64,000 bases of DNA from a bacterium (GCA_043811375.1 JBDRNJ010000072.1:96001-160000); one strand, 5' to 3'. Positions 9,427 through 19,658 are shown, counted from the stretch's first letter. Numbers and translations are program-made. The notes: generated from the sequence alone by a model not told the origin.

Positions 9427-10365
9427 TCAGACAGCTACTTTCTTGTATTTTGGAACCGGCGTCAGCCAGTGGTGCTTGTCTTCACTGCGACCCTCGACCA
9501 CGTCAAAGAAAGCGGATTGGAGTTGCCGTGTCAGCGGACCGGCTTTACCCTCGCCAATGGCTATATCATCGATCCTGGAAATGGGCGTGATTTCAGCAGC
9601 GGTACCGGTAAAGAAGACTTCATCGGCCAGGTAGAGCGCCTCGCGGGGCACGTTCTGTTCAATCACCTTCATTCCCATATCCTGGGCCAGACGAATGACC
9701 GAACTGCGGGTAATACCGGGCAGAATCGATGCGGAAAAAGTGGGTGTAATCAGGGTCCCCCGGCGGACCAGGAAGATGTTCTCCGCTGAACCCTCCGAGA
9801 CATTCCCGGCAACATCGAGAGCGATTCCCTCAACATAACCGTGACTGACTGCTTCCATCTTGATCAATTGGCTGTTCATGTAGTTGGCTCCGGCCTTGGC
9901 CATGGCCGGCATGGTGTTGGGAGCGATACGGTTCCACGACGAAAAACATACCGAGACGCCCTTCTCCATCGCTTCTTCACCTAAGTATTGCCCCCACGGC
10001 CAGGTTGCGATAGCCACATCGACCGGACAATTGGAGGGATCAACGCCCAGGGTCCCGAAGCCACGGTAAACAATCGGTCTGATATAGCAGGCATCAAGAT
10101 CGTTGGCGCCGATGGTATTGAGCATAGCCTCGTTAATCTGCTGTTTGGTGTAGGGGATTTCCATGCGGTAGATCTTGGCCGAGTTGAACAGGCGCTCGGT
10201 GTGGTCCTTCAGTCGAAAAACAGCCGGGCCGTTCGGCGTCTTGTACACCCGTATCCCCTCGAAAACGGATGAGCCATAGTGGATCACATGGGAGCAGATA
10301 TGAATCCTGGCATCGTCCCAGGGTATCAGCTTGCCGTTCATCCAGATGTATTTGGTGGGGGTCAT
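9427..10365 (-). CDS. ilvE: Branched-chain amino acid aminotransferase
   Basis: HYGSSVFEGIR, AKAGANY, EGSAENIF, LPGITR, FFTGTAAEITP. ATG 10365 follows an AAGGAGG RBS (ORF track starts at 10416). Confidence 0.95.
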   Translation of the reverse strand: MTPTKYIWMNGKLIPWDDARIHICSHVIHYGSSVFEGIRVYKTPNGPAVFRLKDHTERLFNSAKIYRMEIPYTKQQINEAMLNTIGANDLDACYIRPIVYRGFGTLGVDPSNCPVDVAIATWPWGQYLGEEAMEKGVSVCFSSWNRIAPNTMPAMAKAGANYMNSQLIKMEAVSHGYVEGIALDVAGNVSEGSAENIFLVRRGTLITPTFSASILPGITRSSVIRLAQDMGMKVIEQNVPREALYLADEVFFTGTAAEITPISRIDDIAIGEGKAGPLTRQLQSAFFDVVEGRSEDKHHWLTPVPKYKKVAV

Positions 10366-10485
10366 GTCTTTCTTTCCTCCTTGCCGTCCGCTGTACTCTG
10401 CAATCTTTCCATTCAATAATACAAGATACCGGCGACATTTTCAATTGGAATTCTCGCTTTCAGGTCTGTTGATAAACATAACAAA

Positions 10486-10577
10486 CGTCATAGCGAGGGG
10501 ACAAGTCCCCTTTATTGACGTGGCTATCTCGTTGACATTCAATATCCGAGATTGCCACGCTGTCGCTCGCAATGACG
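10486..10577. repeat. CGTC-type (RPE-like) palindromic repeat
   Basis: CGTCATAGCGAG...GTGGCTATCTC-loop-GAGATTGCCACG...CTCGCAATGACG, a long imperfect inverted repeat. Related partial copy near 47919. Confidence 0.7.
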
Positions 10578-10776
10578 AGAATGGAACTTTATCAACAAGC
10601 CCTTTTGCCGGTTACAGGCTCGGATGTCAGGCAACTGCTATTCCGACAATGGGCGAATAATCTTGTTGATTGGGCCGACCTGTCAGCTACCTTATTGACC
10701 TTATTATATCAGGATCGCTGTTCCCGGCGAGGACAGTGTTGATCTGTTCATCGTCGCAGTTTCCAGGGAGGAAAGC

Positions 10777-12222
10777 GTGGACTCCAATTTTGTACTAGCA
10801 GCCTCGTTTGTCGCCTATACCGCCGGTATTATTATCATCGGTATTTATTCGACCCGGCGACGCAAGCGCACCGAAGATGATTTTGTGCTGGCCAATCGTG
10901 AACTGGGTCCCTGGGCGTCGGCCCTGTCGGCCTCGGCCAGCGCCGAATCGGGCTGGGTAATGTTGGGCCTGGTGGGTGAAGCCTACCTGTTCGGCCTGTC
11001 GGCTTTCTGGATCGTGCCGGGCATTGCCGCCGGGTACCTGTTCAACTGGTTTGTCATAGCGGAGCGTTTGCGCCGCAGTACCAAAGAGTCCGGCGTCGTC
11101 ACACTTCCACAGTATATATTGAGCCGTTTCGGCGGTGATTCGGTATTGCTGCGAGTCATTCCGGTAGCCATCATCACGGTCGCCATGCTGGCTTATGTGG
11201 CCGCCCAAATGAATGCCGCCGGTAAGGCGTTCGACGCCGTGTTTCACCTGCCCTACTGGCTGGGTGTCATGATCGGCGCCGCGGTGATTATGACCTACAC
11301 GATTACGGGTGGGTTTCGCGCCATCTGCTGGACGGACATCATCCAGGCCGGTTTCATGTTAGTGGCGCTGATCGGTATGCCTTTGATTACTCTGTCGAAA
11401 ATTGGCGGTTGGGATGCGTTTGTCACCCAGGTGAGCGTTATCGATCCCAACACTCTGACCTGGGCGGGCGGCAAGATCGGATTCGGAATGCTCGGTTTTG
11501 TAATAGGACTGCTGGGCATCGGCCTAGGCTACCCGGGTCAACCTCACGTATTGTCGAGGTTCATGGCCGTCAAAGACAGCCGATCCGTCAAACGAGGCGG
11601 CACCATCGCGATCTCATGGATGGTGCTGGTGTATGTCGGCGCCGTTTTCTTCGGCCTGTTTGCCAAGGTTGCCTTTGGGGTCATGGACGACCCGGAGCAA
11701 GCCCTGCCCCGTGCGGTGGGAGAGTTCCTGCCCCCGATACTGGGCGGGTTTGTGGTGGCTGCGATAGTTTCGGCTATCTGCTCTACCGCTGATTCTCAAC
11801 TGATCGTCGTTTCATCGACCATCTCCCGGGACGTACTGCCTTTTTTGAGCAAGCACCGGGATACCGGGAGCTTTGAACGAACGCAACTGCTGGATCGACT
11901 GATGCTGGTTGTCCTGGCGGTGTTGTCGGTATTGTTCGCGTTGTCGGAGAACCGGGTGATTTTCGAGTTTGTGTTATATGCCTGGTCGGGGCTGGGGGCG
12001 TCATTCGGGCCGGTGGTGATTCTGGGATTATTATGGAAGAAAACCACTAAGGCCGGTGCTATTGCCGGCATGTTGACCGGCAGCATAGTCACTGTTATCT
12101 GGAGGAACATCCCGCCACTTAAGACGGCAATGTATGAACTGGTGCCGGCTTTTCTTTTGGCCGTGACAGCGGTATGGCTGGTTAGTCTTTTCTCTCGTAA
12201 AGACAGCCGGCGCTCGGTGTAA
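10777..12222 (+). CDS. putP: Sodium/proline (SSS family) symporter
   Basis: About 13 TM segments, ALSASASAESGW, GGFRAICWTD, GLGYPGQPH, STADSQL, YAWSGLGASFGP. Confidence 0.85.
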   Translation: MDSNFVLAASFVAYTAGIIIIGIYSTRRRKRTEDDFVLANRELGPWASALSASASAESGWVMLGLVGEAYLFGLSAFWIVPGIAAGYLFNWFVIAERLRRSTKESGVVTLPQYILSRFGGDSVLLRVIPVAIITVAMLAYVAAQMNAAGKAFDAVFHLPYWLGVMIGAAVIMTYTITGGFRAICWTDIIQAGFMLVALIGMPLITLSKIGGWDAFVTQVSVIDPNTLTWAGGKIGFGMLGFVIGLLGIGLGYPGQPHVLSRFMAVKDSRSVKRGGTIAISWMVLVYVGAVFFGLFAKVAFGVMDDPEQALPRAVGEFLPPILGGFVVAAIVSAICSTADSQLIVVSSTISRDVLPFLSKHRDTGSFERTQLLDRLMLVVLAVLSVLFALSENRVIFEFVLYAWSGLGASFGPVVILGLLWKKTTKAGAIAGMLTGSIVTVIWRNIPPLKTAMYELVPAFLLAVTAVWLVSLFSRKDSRRSV

Positions 12223-12332
12223 GCGACCGTCCGGTCGGGAGCTGCCCGGCAGTGGTGTCCCCGATCAGGAGTGAATACCGACACCGCAAAAGAGGTTGAA
12301 CCGGTCCGAGCAATTATATATATAAGGTTGAC

Positions 12333-14009
12333 ATGGAAGATCAACAGATCGGCAGCTACCGTATTCTGAAGAAAATCGGGGCAGGTGGAATGGCCAAAGT
12401 CTATCTGGCCGTTCACCGTGATGTGCCGAATTTGAAAGTCATCCTGAAGATACTGAGCAACCCCCGCCTGGCCGAACGGTTCAAGCAGGAGGCTGACAAG
12501 CTGGCGTTGCTTGACGGTCACCCTAATATATGTCGTATCAAGCACTTCTTCAGTCACAAAGAGAACACTGTCATTGCCATGGAGTACATCGACGGTGTCA
12601 CCCTTGAGGACAGGATCAAAAGCGAAGGCCTGTGTCCGATCGACGAATCGCTGCAGATCATCAGCGACGTGCTGAACATCCTGGATTTCGCCCACCAGAA
12701 GGGCATTTACCACCGCGATATCAAACCGGGCAATATCATGCTCGACCGCCAGGGACAGGTTAAGATCATTGATTTCGGCATTGCCAAAGCGAAGACCGAC
12801 CCCAACCTGACGATGGCCGGTACAGCCTGCGGCACACCGGCCTACATGGCCCCGGAGCAGTTCACGCCTGCCGAGGACACCGATTACGCGCTGGTTGACG
12901 TCTATGCTACCGGAACCAGCCTGTATGTAATGTTGACCGGACAGGTGCCATTCAGCGGCGACAATGAATTTGCTATTCGTGATGCCAAACTTTTTTCGGC
13001 ACCTCCACCGCCCAGTTCGCTGAACCCGAACATTCCAAGATCGGTGGAGCAGCTTATTCTCAAATCCCTGGCCAAGGAACCGCAGCAGCGGTTTCAGAGC
13101 GCCCGGGAGATGCAAACCGCAGTTGATGACGTGCGCCACGGGACCAGAGCAGGTGATCGCCCCGATCCCTCTGGTATCACGATCGACATCAGGCAGAGCA
13201 ATAAGCTACCCGGCAAGAGTAAAATGCCCTGGTTGATTGGCGCGGCGCTGATTCTGGTGGCGGCTGCGGCTGCTTACTATTTTCTGGCCCGGGGACCGTC
13301 TGCTGAGGGCACACTGGCATTCAGTGTCATACCTGAAGGAGATGTCTATGTCGATGACAGCCTTATCGGGCAGTCCATTTCGTCGGCATCGGTAATCTGC
13401 GCGGCGGGACGGCACATTGTGCACGTTCGCAATGCCGAGGCAACAGTAGCTGTTCTGGGTGACACGGTAATGCTCGAGAAAGACACAATACTGACACTGC
13501 GCTATGACTTTTCGAGTTTTATTCCCCCGCCGATGGGGACACTGGAGATCAACGTCGATCCCTGGGGCGACGTTTACGTTGATGACAGTCTGGTGGCGGA
13601 CAGCACCACCAGTGTAGACGTGGCATGTGAGGTCGGAGATCATTCCGTTCGTGTCGAAAACAACCGCGCCACCCGACGGACCCGGCAGGAAACGGTATCG
13701 CTGGCCGCCGACACAGTTTTGCGACTGACCTATAACTTCACCTTCCCCGCCGCCGACAAACCTCAGGTGACAGAACAAGATCCGGCGCCGGCAGCGGGAG
13801 AAGTCCGGATCGGTTCCCGACCGGCCGGTGCGGATGTCTACATCGACGGCAAGAAGCAGTCACTAAAGACGATCAACACCTTCTGGCTGTTGCCGGGGAA
13901 CCACACTATCAGCGTTCGATTGGACAACCAGGGCTGGCGGGCCGATACGACCCTGCTGGTAAAGGGAGACAGCCTTCATCTGGTGAGTTATGACTTTTTA
14001 GACAGATAG
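12333..14009 (+). CDS. Membrane Ser/Thr protein kinase with C-terminal PEGA-like repeats
   Basis: IGAGGMAKVY, HRDIKPGN, DFGIAK, GTPAYMAPE. One TM (PWLIGAALILVAAAAAYYFL), then three units of xxPxGDVYVDD / PAGADVYIDG...GxHxV. Confidence 0.92.
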   Translation: MEDQQIGSYRILKKIGAGGMAKVYLAVHRDVPNLKVILKILSNPRLAERFKQEADKLALLDGHPNICRIKHFFSHKENTVIAMEYIDGVTLEDRIKSEGLCPIDESLQIISDVLNILDFAHQKGIYHRDIKPGNIMLDRQGQVKIIDFGIAKAKTDPNLTMAGTACGTPAYMAPEQFTPAEDTDYALVDVYATGTSLYVMLTGQVPFSGDNEFAIRDAKLFSAPPPPSSLNPNIPRSVEQLILKSLAKEPQQRFQSAREMQTAVDDVRHGTRAGDRPDPSGITIDIRQSNKLPGKSKMPWLIGAALILVAAAAAYYFLARGPSAEGTLAFSVIPEGDVYVDDSLIGQSISSASVICAAGRHIVHVRNAEATVAVLGDTVMLEKDTILTLRYDFSSFIPPPMGTLEINVDPWGDVYVDDSLVADSTTSVDVACEVGDHSVRVENNRATRRTRQETVSLAADTVLRLTYNFTFPAADKPQVTEQDPAPAAGEVRIGSRPAGADVYIDGKKQSLKTINTFWLLPGNHTISVRLDNQGWRADTTLLVKGDSLHLVSYDFLDR

Positions 14010-14084
14010 TACTTTGGTCAGCCGGATGCCTGACCTATATTTACAAGGGAATAGTAGGACACCTCAGTCACAAGGAGCATAGTT

Positions 14085-15140
14085 ATGAGAAGGCGACACA
14101 GTAACATCCTGTTTGGCGGTATCCTCGTTGCCGTCATAATGGGAATCGGGCTGCCGGGCGTAACCGTGGCCCAGGAAGAGGTAACCATCGCCGAAAAGCT
14201 GTCGGAGGCGTTGCAGCTTTACTACCCACCGGAGATGGCTTTCGAAAAGGGGATTGCCATGGCGGAAGAACTGTTCAAGCGGGATGACCTGCTGCCGCAG
14301 GACAGTATCGCCATTTACGAGGTTCTCAGTATCCTGACCTACGCCAAAGGTGAGAAATTCCACCGGCTTTCTTTTAATTACCTGGACAAGATTTCCGGCG
14401 TTGGTCCCTGTGTCATTCAACTGCCCCATGACATCTGGCCGGCTGAGTTAAGGGACAAATGGTATGAGTTGCTCAAAGCCAAAGAAAGCCTGGCCTGTCC
14501 CCAGGATGCCAAATCAGACATCAAGACTCTGGCCATCATGGAGTTTGACAATTTTTCAATCGGCAAGTACCAACAGGAATTAGGGCCGATCGGCAAAGGC
14601 CTGGCTGATTTATTCGAGCATGATTTCAAGAAAATCAGCACTTTACGCATTGTTGAAAGAGACAAAATCAACTACGTGCTCAAGGAGCACGAGTTGCAGC
14701 AATCGGGAGCGGTAGACCGGGCGACGGCGGTCCGGGCCGGTAAGATACTCGGCGCCAAATACATGGTTTTCGGCAGTATCACCCAGGTGGACGATAATCA
14801 CACCCGTATGGTGGTCAAAGTTGTCAGTGTCGAAACATCGGAGATTGTCACCTCCGTTGATCGCGAGGGCAAACCGTTGTACTTCAAGCTGGAGAAGGAA
14901 CTGGTTGAGGAGCTGGCCAAGAAACTTGATATCCAGTTTGACGACGATGTCAGCGCCCTGATCAAACAGGGAGGCACCGAATCGCTCGACGCTACCACCT
15001 TCTATTCCAAGGGATTGGAGTACCAGGACCGTTACGATTACAAGAAAGCTTACGAGTTCTTCAAGAAGGCTTACGACCTGGACAACAGTTTCGTCGAAGC
15101 CAAGCGCAAGATGGAAATTTATGAACCTCTCGCCAGTTAA
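14085..15140 (+). CDS. Exported CsgG/HfaB-like domain protein with C-terminal TPR
   Basis: Signal peptide; TLAIMEFDN...GLADLF...IVERDKINYVLKEHELQQSGAVD...GKILGAKYMVFGSI; a TPR near the C-terminus. Confidence 0.75.
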   Translation: MRRRHSNILFGGILVAVIMGIGLPGVTVAQEEVTIAEKLSEALQLYYPPEMAFEKGIAMAEELFKRDDLLPQDSIAIYEVLSILTYAKGEKFHRLSFNYLDKISGVGPCVIQLPHDIWPAELRDKWYELLKAKESLACPQDAKSDIKTLAIMEFDNFSIGKYQQELGPIGKGLADLFEHDFKKISTLRIVERDKINYVLKEHELQQSGAVDRATAVRAGKILGAKYMVFGSITQVDDNHTRMVVKVVSVETSEIVTSVDREGKPLYFKLEKELVEELAKKLDIQFDDDVSALIKQGGTESLDATTFYSKGLEYQDRYDYKKAYEFFKKAYDLDNSFVEAKRKMEIYEPLAS

Positions 15141-15181
15141 GAGCTGACGGGAAGTTATGACCCGCATTCTGAGAGGTAGAG

Positions 15182-16492
15182 ATGTTGATTAAAAACCTGA
15201 CATGGCTGCTGCTGGCGTTGCTGCTGGTCGGGTGTTCTCAAAGCCTGTATATGCAGGGACGTAGACACCTCGAAAAAGGCGATTTTGATCCGGCTATTGC
15301 TGCCTTTTACCAGGAGATTAGTGTCAATCCCACCAGCGCCCGGGCCTGGCGGGAATTGGGAGTGGCTTTCTACGAAAAAGGGGATCTGGCAAAAGCCGAA
15401 GACGCGCTAAAACAGGCCAACCAGATAGCACCCGATGCCCGTACCCATTTGTACTTCGGTCTGATCTACGAACAGCAGGAGGAGTACGGCAAGGCCCTGG
15501 GTGCCTACACCCTGTCGCTGAGCCTGAAACCCGGCGGTAAAACGGCTTCGCTGATCCGGTCGCACCTGGACCGGCTGGTGATGAAAAAACTGGAAAGGGA
15601 TGCTGCGCTGGCTGTCGACAATGAATCGGCCATTGACACCGATACGATTCCGGCCAACACTGTCGCCGTTACCAATTTCGATGGTTCGTCGCTGTCGGCG
15701 GAACTGGCTCCCCTGGCTCGCGGTCTGGCCGAACTCACCTCCATCGATCTGGCTAAAGTGCGCGCCTTGACGGTAGTAGAGAGAACCAAGCTGGATTTGC
15801 TTCTCAGGGAACTGGAACTGGGGGTGTCCGGTGTTGTTGATCCGGCCACGGCTCCCAGGCTTGGCCGCCTGATGGGCAGTCGCAAATTGATTACCGGCTC
15901 GGTGCTTAGTATCGGAGAGGACGGTCTGAAGCTGGATGCGGCCGTAGTCAGCACTATCGACAGTACCACCTTACGACCTGAAGGTGTGGAAGGAGAACTG
16001 ACGAAGTTCTTCCACGCACAGAAACAACTGGTGTTCAGCATACTTGAGGAACTGAGTATCAAGTTGTCGGCCGAGGAACGCGATGCTATCGAAGAAATTC
16101 CCACCGAATCGTTCCTGGCATTTATGGCTTACTCGCGAGGTCTGGAATATCTCAGCCGGGGACCACAGTGGTACGGCGCCGCTGAGCGGGAATTCAAGAA
16201 TGCTGTTGAACATGATGGGAATTTCCAGCCCGCCAGAGAGCAAACCAACACGGTTACACAATTGCAGAATGAAGGCAGCTACGAGCAATCATACAGCCAA
16301 TTTGAAACGACTGTCAGACAGGAAAGCAACCAGGGTGTTGTCTCCTCACGCGGCCTGGATGGCGCCCTTGGCACTGTTGCACATAATTCGGGAATAATCC
16401 CCGGTCCCACCGACCGGCCACCGGCCAACGCCCTGCCGGTAACCGGCCAGACTGTCAGCTTCAAAATCACAGGTGATCTCGATGCACGATAA
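15182..16492 (+). CDS. Lipoprotein with TPRs and a CsgG/HfaB-like domain
   Basis: Lipobox LLVGC, three TPRs, then VAVTNFD...VVERTKLDLLLRELELGVSGVVDPATAPRLGRLMG. Confidence 0.75.
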   Translation: MLIKNLTWLLLALLLVGCSQSLYMQGRRHLEKGDFDPAIAAFYQEISVNPTSARAWRELGVAFYEKGDLAKAEDALKQANQIAPDARTHLYFGLIYEQQEEYGKALGAYTLSLSLKPGGKTASLIRSHLDRLVMKKLERDAALAVDNESAIDTDTIPANTVAVTNFDGSSLSAELAPLARGLAELTSIDLAKVRALTVVERTKLDLLLRELELGVSGVVDPATAPRLGRLMGSRKLITGSVLSIGEDGLKLDAAVVSTIDSTTLRPEGVEGELTKFFHAQKQLVFSILEELSIKLSAEERDAIEEIPTESFLAFMAYSRGLEYLSRGPQWYGAAEREFKNAVEHDGNFQPAREQTNTVTQLQNEGSYEQSYSQFETTVRQESNQGVVSSRGLDGALGTVAHNSGIIPGPTDRPPANALPVTGQTVSFKITGDLDAR

Positions 16493-17603
16493 TACAGCTG
16501 TCAAATGGACCGGGTCCGTGCTGACCGTCCTGGCGGTGCTTCTGCTGGTGTCGCCGGTGCAGAGCCAGATTCGTTTCGGGCAACCGACGTACGGCGACGT
16601 GCAGATCGTGTACAGCCACTGGAGTTTGAAACAGGCCGATACAACCACGGAAATCAACCAGATGACAATACCGGTTACCGGATTTGTCCCTCTCAAAGAG
16701 AATGTGGAAGCCATTTTCTATATTGTCAGTTCGTCCAATACTTTGAAGGCTTCTCAGACGGATTTCAGTTTGTCGGGAATGGGTGACGCCCGGATGCAGG
16801 TTAACCACTCCTTTATGAATGACCAGTTGCTGCTGAGTCTCGGCGTGAACATGCCGACCGGCAAAAAGAAGCTCACCATCGACGAAGAGTTGCTGGTGGT
16901 ACAAGTGCTTTCGCAGAACTACCTCTCATTCCCAATGCGCCGGTTTGGCGAGGGATTCGGTTTCAGCGCTCTTCTGGGAGGCGCTCAGATGCTGGGCGAT
17001 CTGCGCTGCGGGGTGGGCGTTATGTACCAGGTCAACGGCGAGTATGAACCATACGCCGGTTCTGATAAGTACGACCCGGGAGACGTATTGAGTGTCAATG
17101 CTACGGCCGACTGGCAGAACGACCGTACGACCGTCACCAGTGAGATGATCTTTGCTGCTTATGGTGCCGACAAGTTTGCCGGAAGCAACGCCTTCAAACA
17201 GAGCACACAACTTACCGGACGCCTGCGTGTCGTTCACAAAAGCGAAGCTTTTGATGCGGGGGGAGGTCTGAGCTATCTGGCTCGCGGCCGCAACTCCTTT
17301 TTCTACCCGAATAGTACGCAACGTCTTTTTGGCAACGAGTTTATGATCGATGCCAACCTGACGCGAGGTTTCGCCGAACACTGGCGGTTTACTCCCACCG
17401 CGGAGATTCGAATGATCAGCGCTGCCGAGAATAACCAACCCGGCACCGCCAGTATTGTCGGACTGGGCGGCACTGTCGGCCGAACCTTCGGTTCCCAGAC
17501 CACCATTGCCGTAGGAGGCAAATACTTTACCGGCGATGCCGATGGCGGGAATATAGACCTGAGTGGTTTCCAGATAAACGCCAACCTGACAGTGAGCATG
17601 TAG
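16482..17603 (+). CDS. Putative outer-membrane beta-barrel protein
   Basis: Signal peptide, many alternating amphipathic strands with aromatic residues, C-terminal strand GFQINANLTVSM. Start at 16473 or 16482. Confidence 0.65.
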   Translation: MHDNTAVKWTGSVLTVLAVLLLVSPVQSQIRFGQPTYGDVQIVYSHWSLKQADTTTEINQMTIPVTGFVPLKENVEAIFYIVSSSNTLKASQTDFSLSGMGDARMQVNHSFMNDQLLLSLGVNMPTGKKKLTIDEELLVVQVLSQNYLSFPMRRFGEGFGFSALLGGAQMLGDLRCGVGVMYQVNGEYEPYAGSDKYDPGDVLSVNATADWQNDRTTVTSEMIFAAYGADKFAGSNAFKQSTQLTGRLRVVHKSEAFDAGGGLSYLARGRNSFFYPNSTQRLFGNEFMIDANLTRGFAEHWRFTPTAEIRMISAAENNQPGTASIVGLGGTVGRTFGSQTTIAVGGKYFTGDADGGNIDLSGFQINANLTVSM

Positions 17604-17607
17604 GAAG

Positions 17608-18978
17608 GTGAGAACTATGTTTGATGCAATTCGTCACAGGCATGTGGGGCACCGGGCGGCTATAGCGCTGGCCATACTCATTCTCCTTGGCTGCTCACAG
17701 ACGGGCAACAACGATGTGAACGCTCCTGCAATGTCGTTGCGCATGGAGATAACTTCGCCGGAGTTGATGAAGTTGGTGACTCAGTTTGAACTGGTGGTCA
17801 CCGGCCCGGGAATGGATTCCATCTTTGCCGAGTTGACACTCGAGGGCCGTTACCTGGTGGGAGAGGTGGATGTCCCGGTGGGGCGTGATCGGAAATTTGA
17901 AATCTTCGCCAGGGATGCCAACGGGCGTGAAATATATCGGGGCGTCATCGTCAAAGATGTGTCCCCCGGCGACCAGGTGGAACTGATCGTCAACCTGTAT
18001 CCGGTGGTGCCGCTGATAAAACTCTCTCCCCGATTCGTGCAGGTGCCGTCAGACTCGTCTGGTTCACTGGATGTCAGGGTCTACAGACTGGACAGTCTTT
18101 TCAACATCTCCTTCAAGGTCTACTCCTCGAGTTACCTGGTGCATCTCGACAGTGCAGTGCTGGGGCCGGATGTTGATCCCAATGACTTTCTGTTAGACCA
18201 GACCAGTGGCGATACCGGGTCTTATTCTATTACGCCGTTAGAAGTACATCGCCTTCCGATAGTTGATGACAGCGGCTACGCCACCCTGGCCTCTATTTAT
18301 TACAGCACTTTCTATCCGGAGATGGGCAGTGATACGGCAGTGTTAACCATCGAACCGACGCTGATGTATAAGACGAATGACGACTCGATCCCGGTGGCCA
18401 GTGTCGTGGCCGACGAAAGTCTGATTCAGATAATACCGAATACCGAGAATCCGGTTATCGTTTTCCCTGATGCACAACTGGATTACGTGGTCCGGCAGGC
18501 CTTGGAACCACCGAAGCCAGAAGGAGCTTTATTCCTGTCGGACGTGCTGACGATCAGCGCACTGTATGCGGGTGTTATATCCGCTGAACCCGCCATCTCT
18601 GACCTGACCGGCTTGCACTACCTGACCAATCTGGTTCATCTGACTCTAACTGACAACGATATCCGTGATATTAGCGAGCTTTCCACCCTGGTTAATCTGG
18701 AAATGCTGTTTCTGGGCAACAACGACTCGATCCAAGACATCACGGCATTATCCGGTCTGACGAAACTGCAACAATTGGGTCTCCAGAGTAATAATATCGT
18801 CGATGTTCGGCCGCTGGCGCTGAATAGTGGCCTCGACAGCAGCGACATAGTGTTTCTTGAAAATAACCCCCTGCAGGACATCACCCAGTTGGTGCCACTA
18901 TGTATCCGCCAGGTGGTTGTGTACCTGCAACCGGAAATCAACTACTGTTCCACTATCGGTCGTGAACCTGGCCCGTGA
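17608..18978 (+). CDS. Lipoprotein with beta-sandwich domains and internalin-like leucine-rich repeats
   Basis: Lipobox ILLGC; FPDAQL cap; ISDLTGLHYLTNL / IRDISELSTLVNL / IQDITALSGLTKL repeats. Confidence 0.75.
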   Translation: MRTMFDAIRHRHVGHRAAIALAILILLGCSQTGNNDVNAPAMSLRMEITSPELMKLVTQFELVVTGPGMDSIFAELTLEGRYLVGEVDVPVGRDRKFEIFARDANGREIYRGVIVKDVSPGDQVELIVNLYPVVPLIKLSPRFVQVPSDSSGSLDVRVYRLDSLFNISFKVYSSSYLVHLDSAVLGPDVDPNDFLLDQTSGDTGSYSITPLEVHRLPIVDDSGYATLASIYYSTFYPEMGSDTAVLTIEPTLMYKTNDDSIPVASVVADESLIQIIPNTENPVIVFPDAQLDYVVRQALEPPKPEGALFLSDVLTISALYAGVISAEPAISDLTGLHYLTNLVHLTLTDNDIRDISELSTLVNLEMLFLGNNDSIQDITALSGLTKLQQLGLQSNNIVDVRPLALNSGLDSSDIVFLENNPLQDITQLVPLCIRQVVVYLQPEINYCSTIGREPGP

Positions 18979-19049
18979 AGAGCCGTTTCCAGCCTTACCA
19001 ACGAATCATGCTCCTGCTGATTATTTCAGCAGGAGCATTCGTTTAGCAC

Positions 19050-19079
19050 AAAAGAAAAGCCGGTCGGGATGACCGGCTT
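19050..19079 (-). terminator. Intrinsic terminator of the T6SS operon
   Basis: Stem AAGCCGGTC/GACCGGCTT followed on the minus strand by a T-rich tract, about 28 nt after the stop at 19107. Confidence 0.75.
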
Positions 19080-19106
19080 GGTTAGTCAGATAGAAATCAG
19101 TAGTGT

Positions 19107-19658
19107 CTATTCACGGTCAAACCAGACATCCTCGGTGATTATGGCTTCAAAAGTCGTGGTGGTCGGTATTTCAGCTTCGGAGCCTTTGATGAACAGGCCG
19201 AAGATCAGCAGGTAGGACAACAGCTTGCGTCCTTTCCCATCCGCCGCTATGATCCCCGATCCATCTTCTGTCACCGCGGATAACATAATTGGCTTGTCAC
19301 CCTCGGGTTTGAACTCACCTTTGGGCTGAAGGTCTATCAGCTCCACCTTCAGGAAACCGGGCTTGCCGCCCTTACCTGCGGCCTGCACCGATGTGATCCG
19401 GGCTGATCCGTTGGCACCTTTTTCGACTATCACTACGCCACCGATATCGATGTCGCTTTCGAGCGTAATCTCAACTTCATCACCAGGTTTGACAAACTTG
19501 GACGAAACATCGGCAACAAACTTAACCTGCACTTTACTGCCGGCCGTCACTTGCACTGCGGCCGAGGCGTCAGACACCAATCCCAGTGACAACAACAGCG
19601 CCAGCGCCGCAACCGTCAATCTCGTCAGACCTTTGTTGAGTATTGTTTTTCTTTTCAA
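19107..19658 (-). CDS. Exported beta-rich protein, TrbI/VirB10-like pattern; last gene of the T6SS operon
   Basis: Signal peptide ending ASA-A; VTAGSKVQV...VSS...GDEV...VIVEKG...GFLKV...hydrophobic segment LLSYLLIFGLFIKG...EIP. 14 nt downstream of the previous stop, with RBS AGAGG. Confidence 0.55.
   Translation of the reverse strand: MKRKTILNKGLTRLTVAALALLLSLGLVSDASAAVQVTAGSKVQVKFVADVSSKFVKPGDEVEITLESDIDIGGVVIVEKGANGSARITSVQAAGKGGKPGFLKVELIDLQPKGEFKPEGDKPIMLSAVTEDGSGIIAADGKGRKLLSYLLIFGLFIKGSEAEIPTTTTFEAIITEDVWFDRE

Noticed and set aside
11796..13139. 447 aa minus-strand ORF
   Set aside because: Antisense shadow of putP and the kinase; no motifs, and typical of GC-rich codon bias.
14085..16492. 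Curli secretion system
   Set aside because: CsgG-like domains only; no csgA/B/E/F-like genes nearby.
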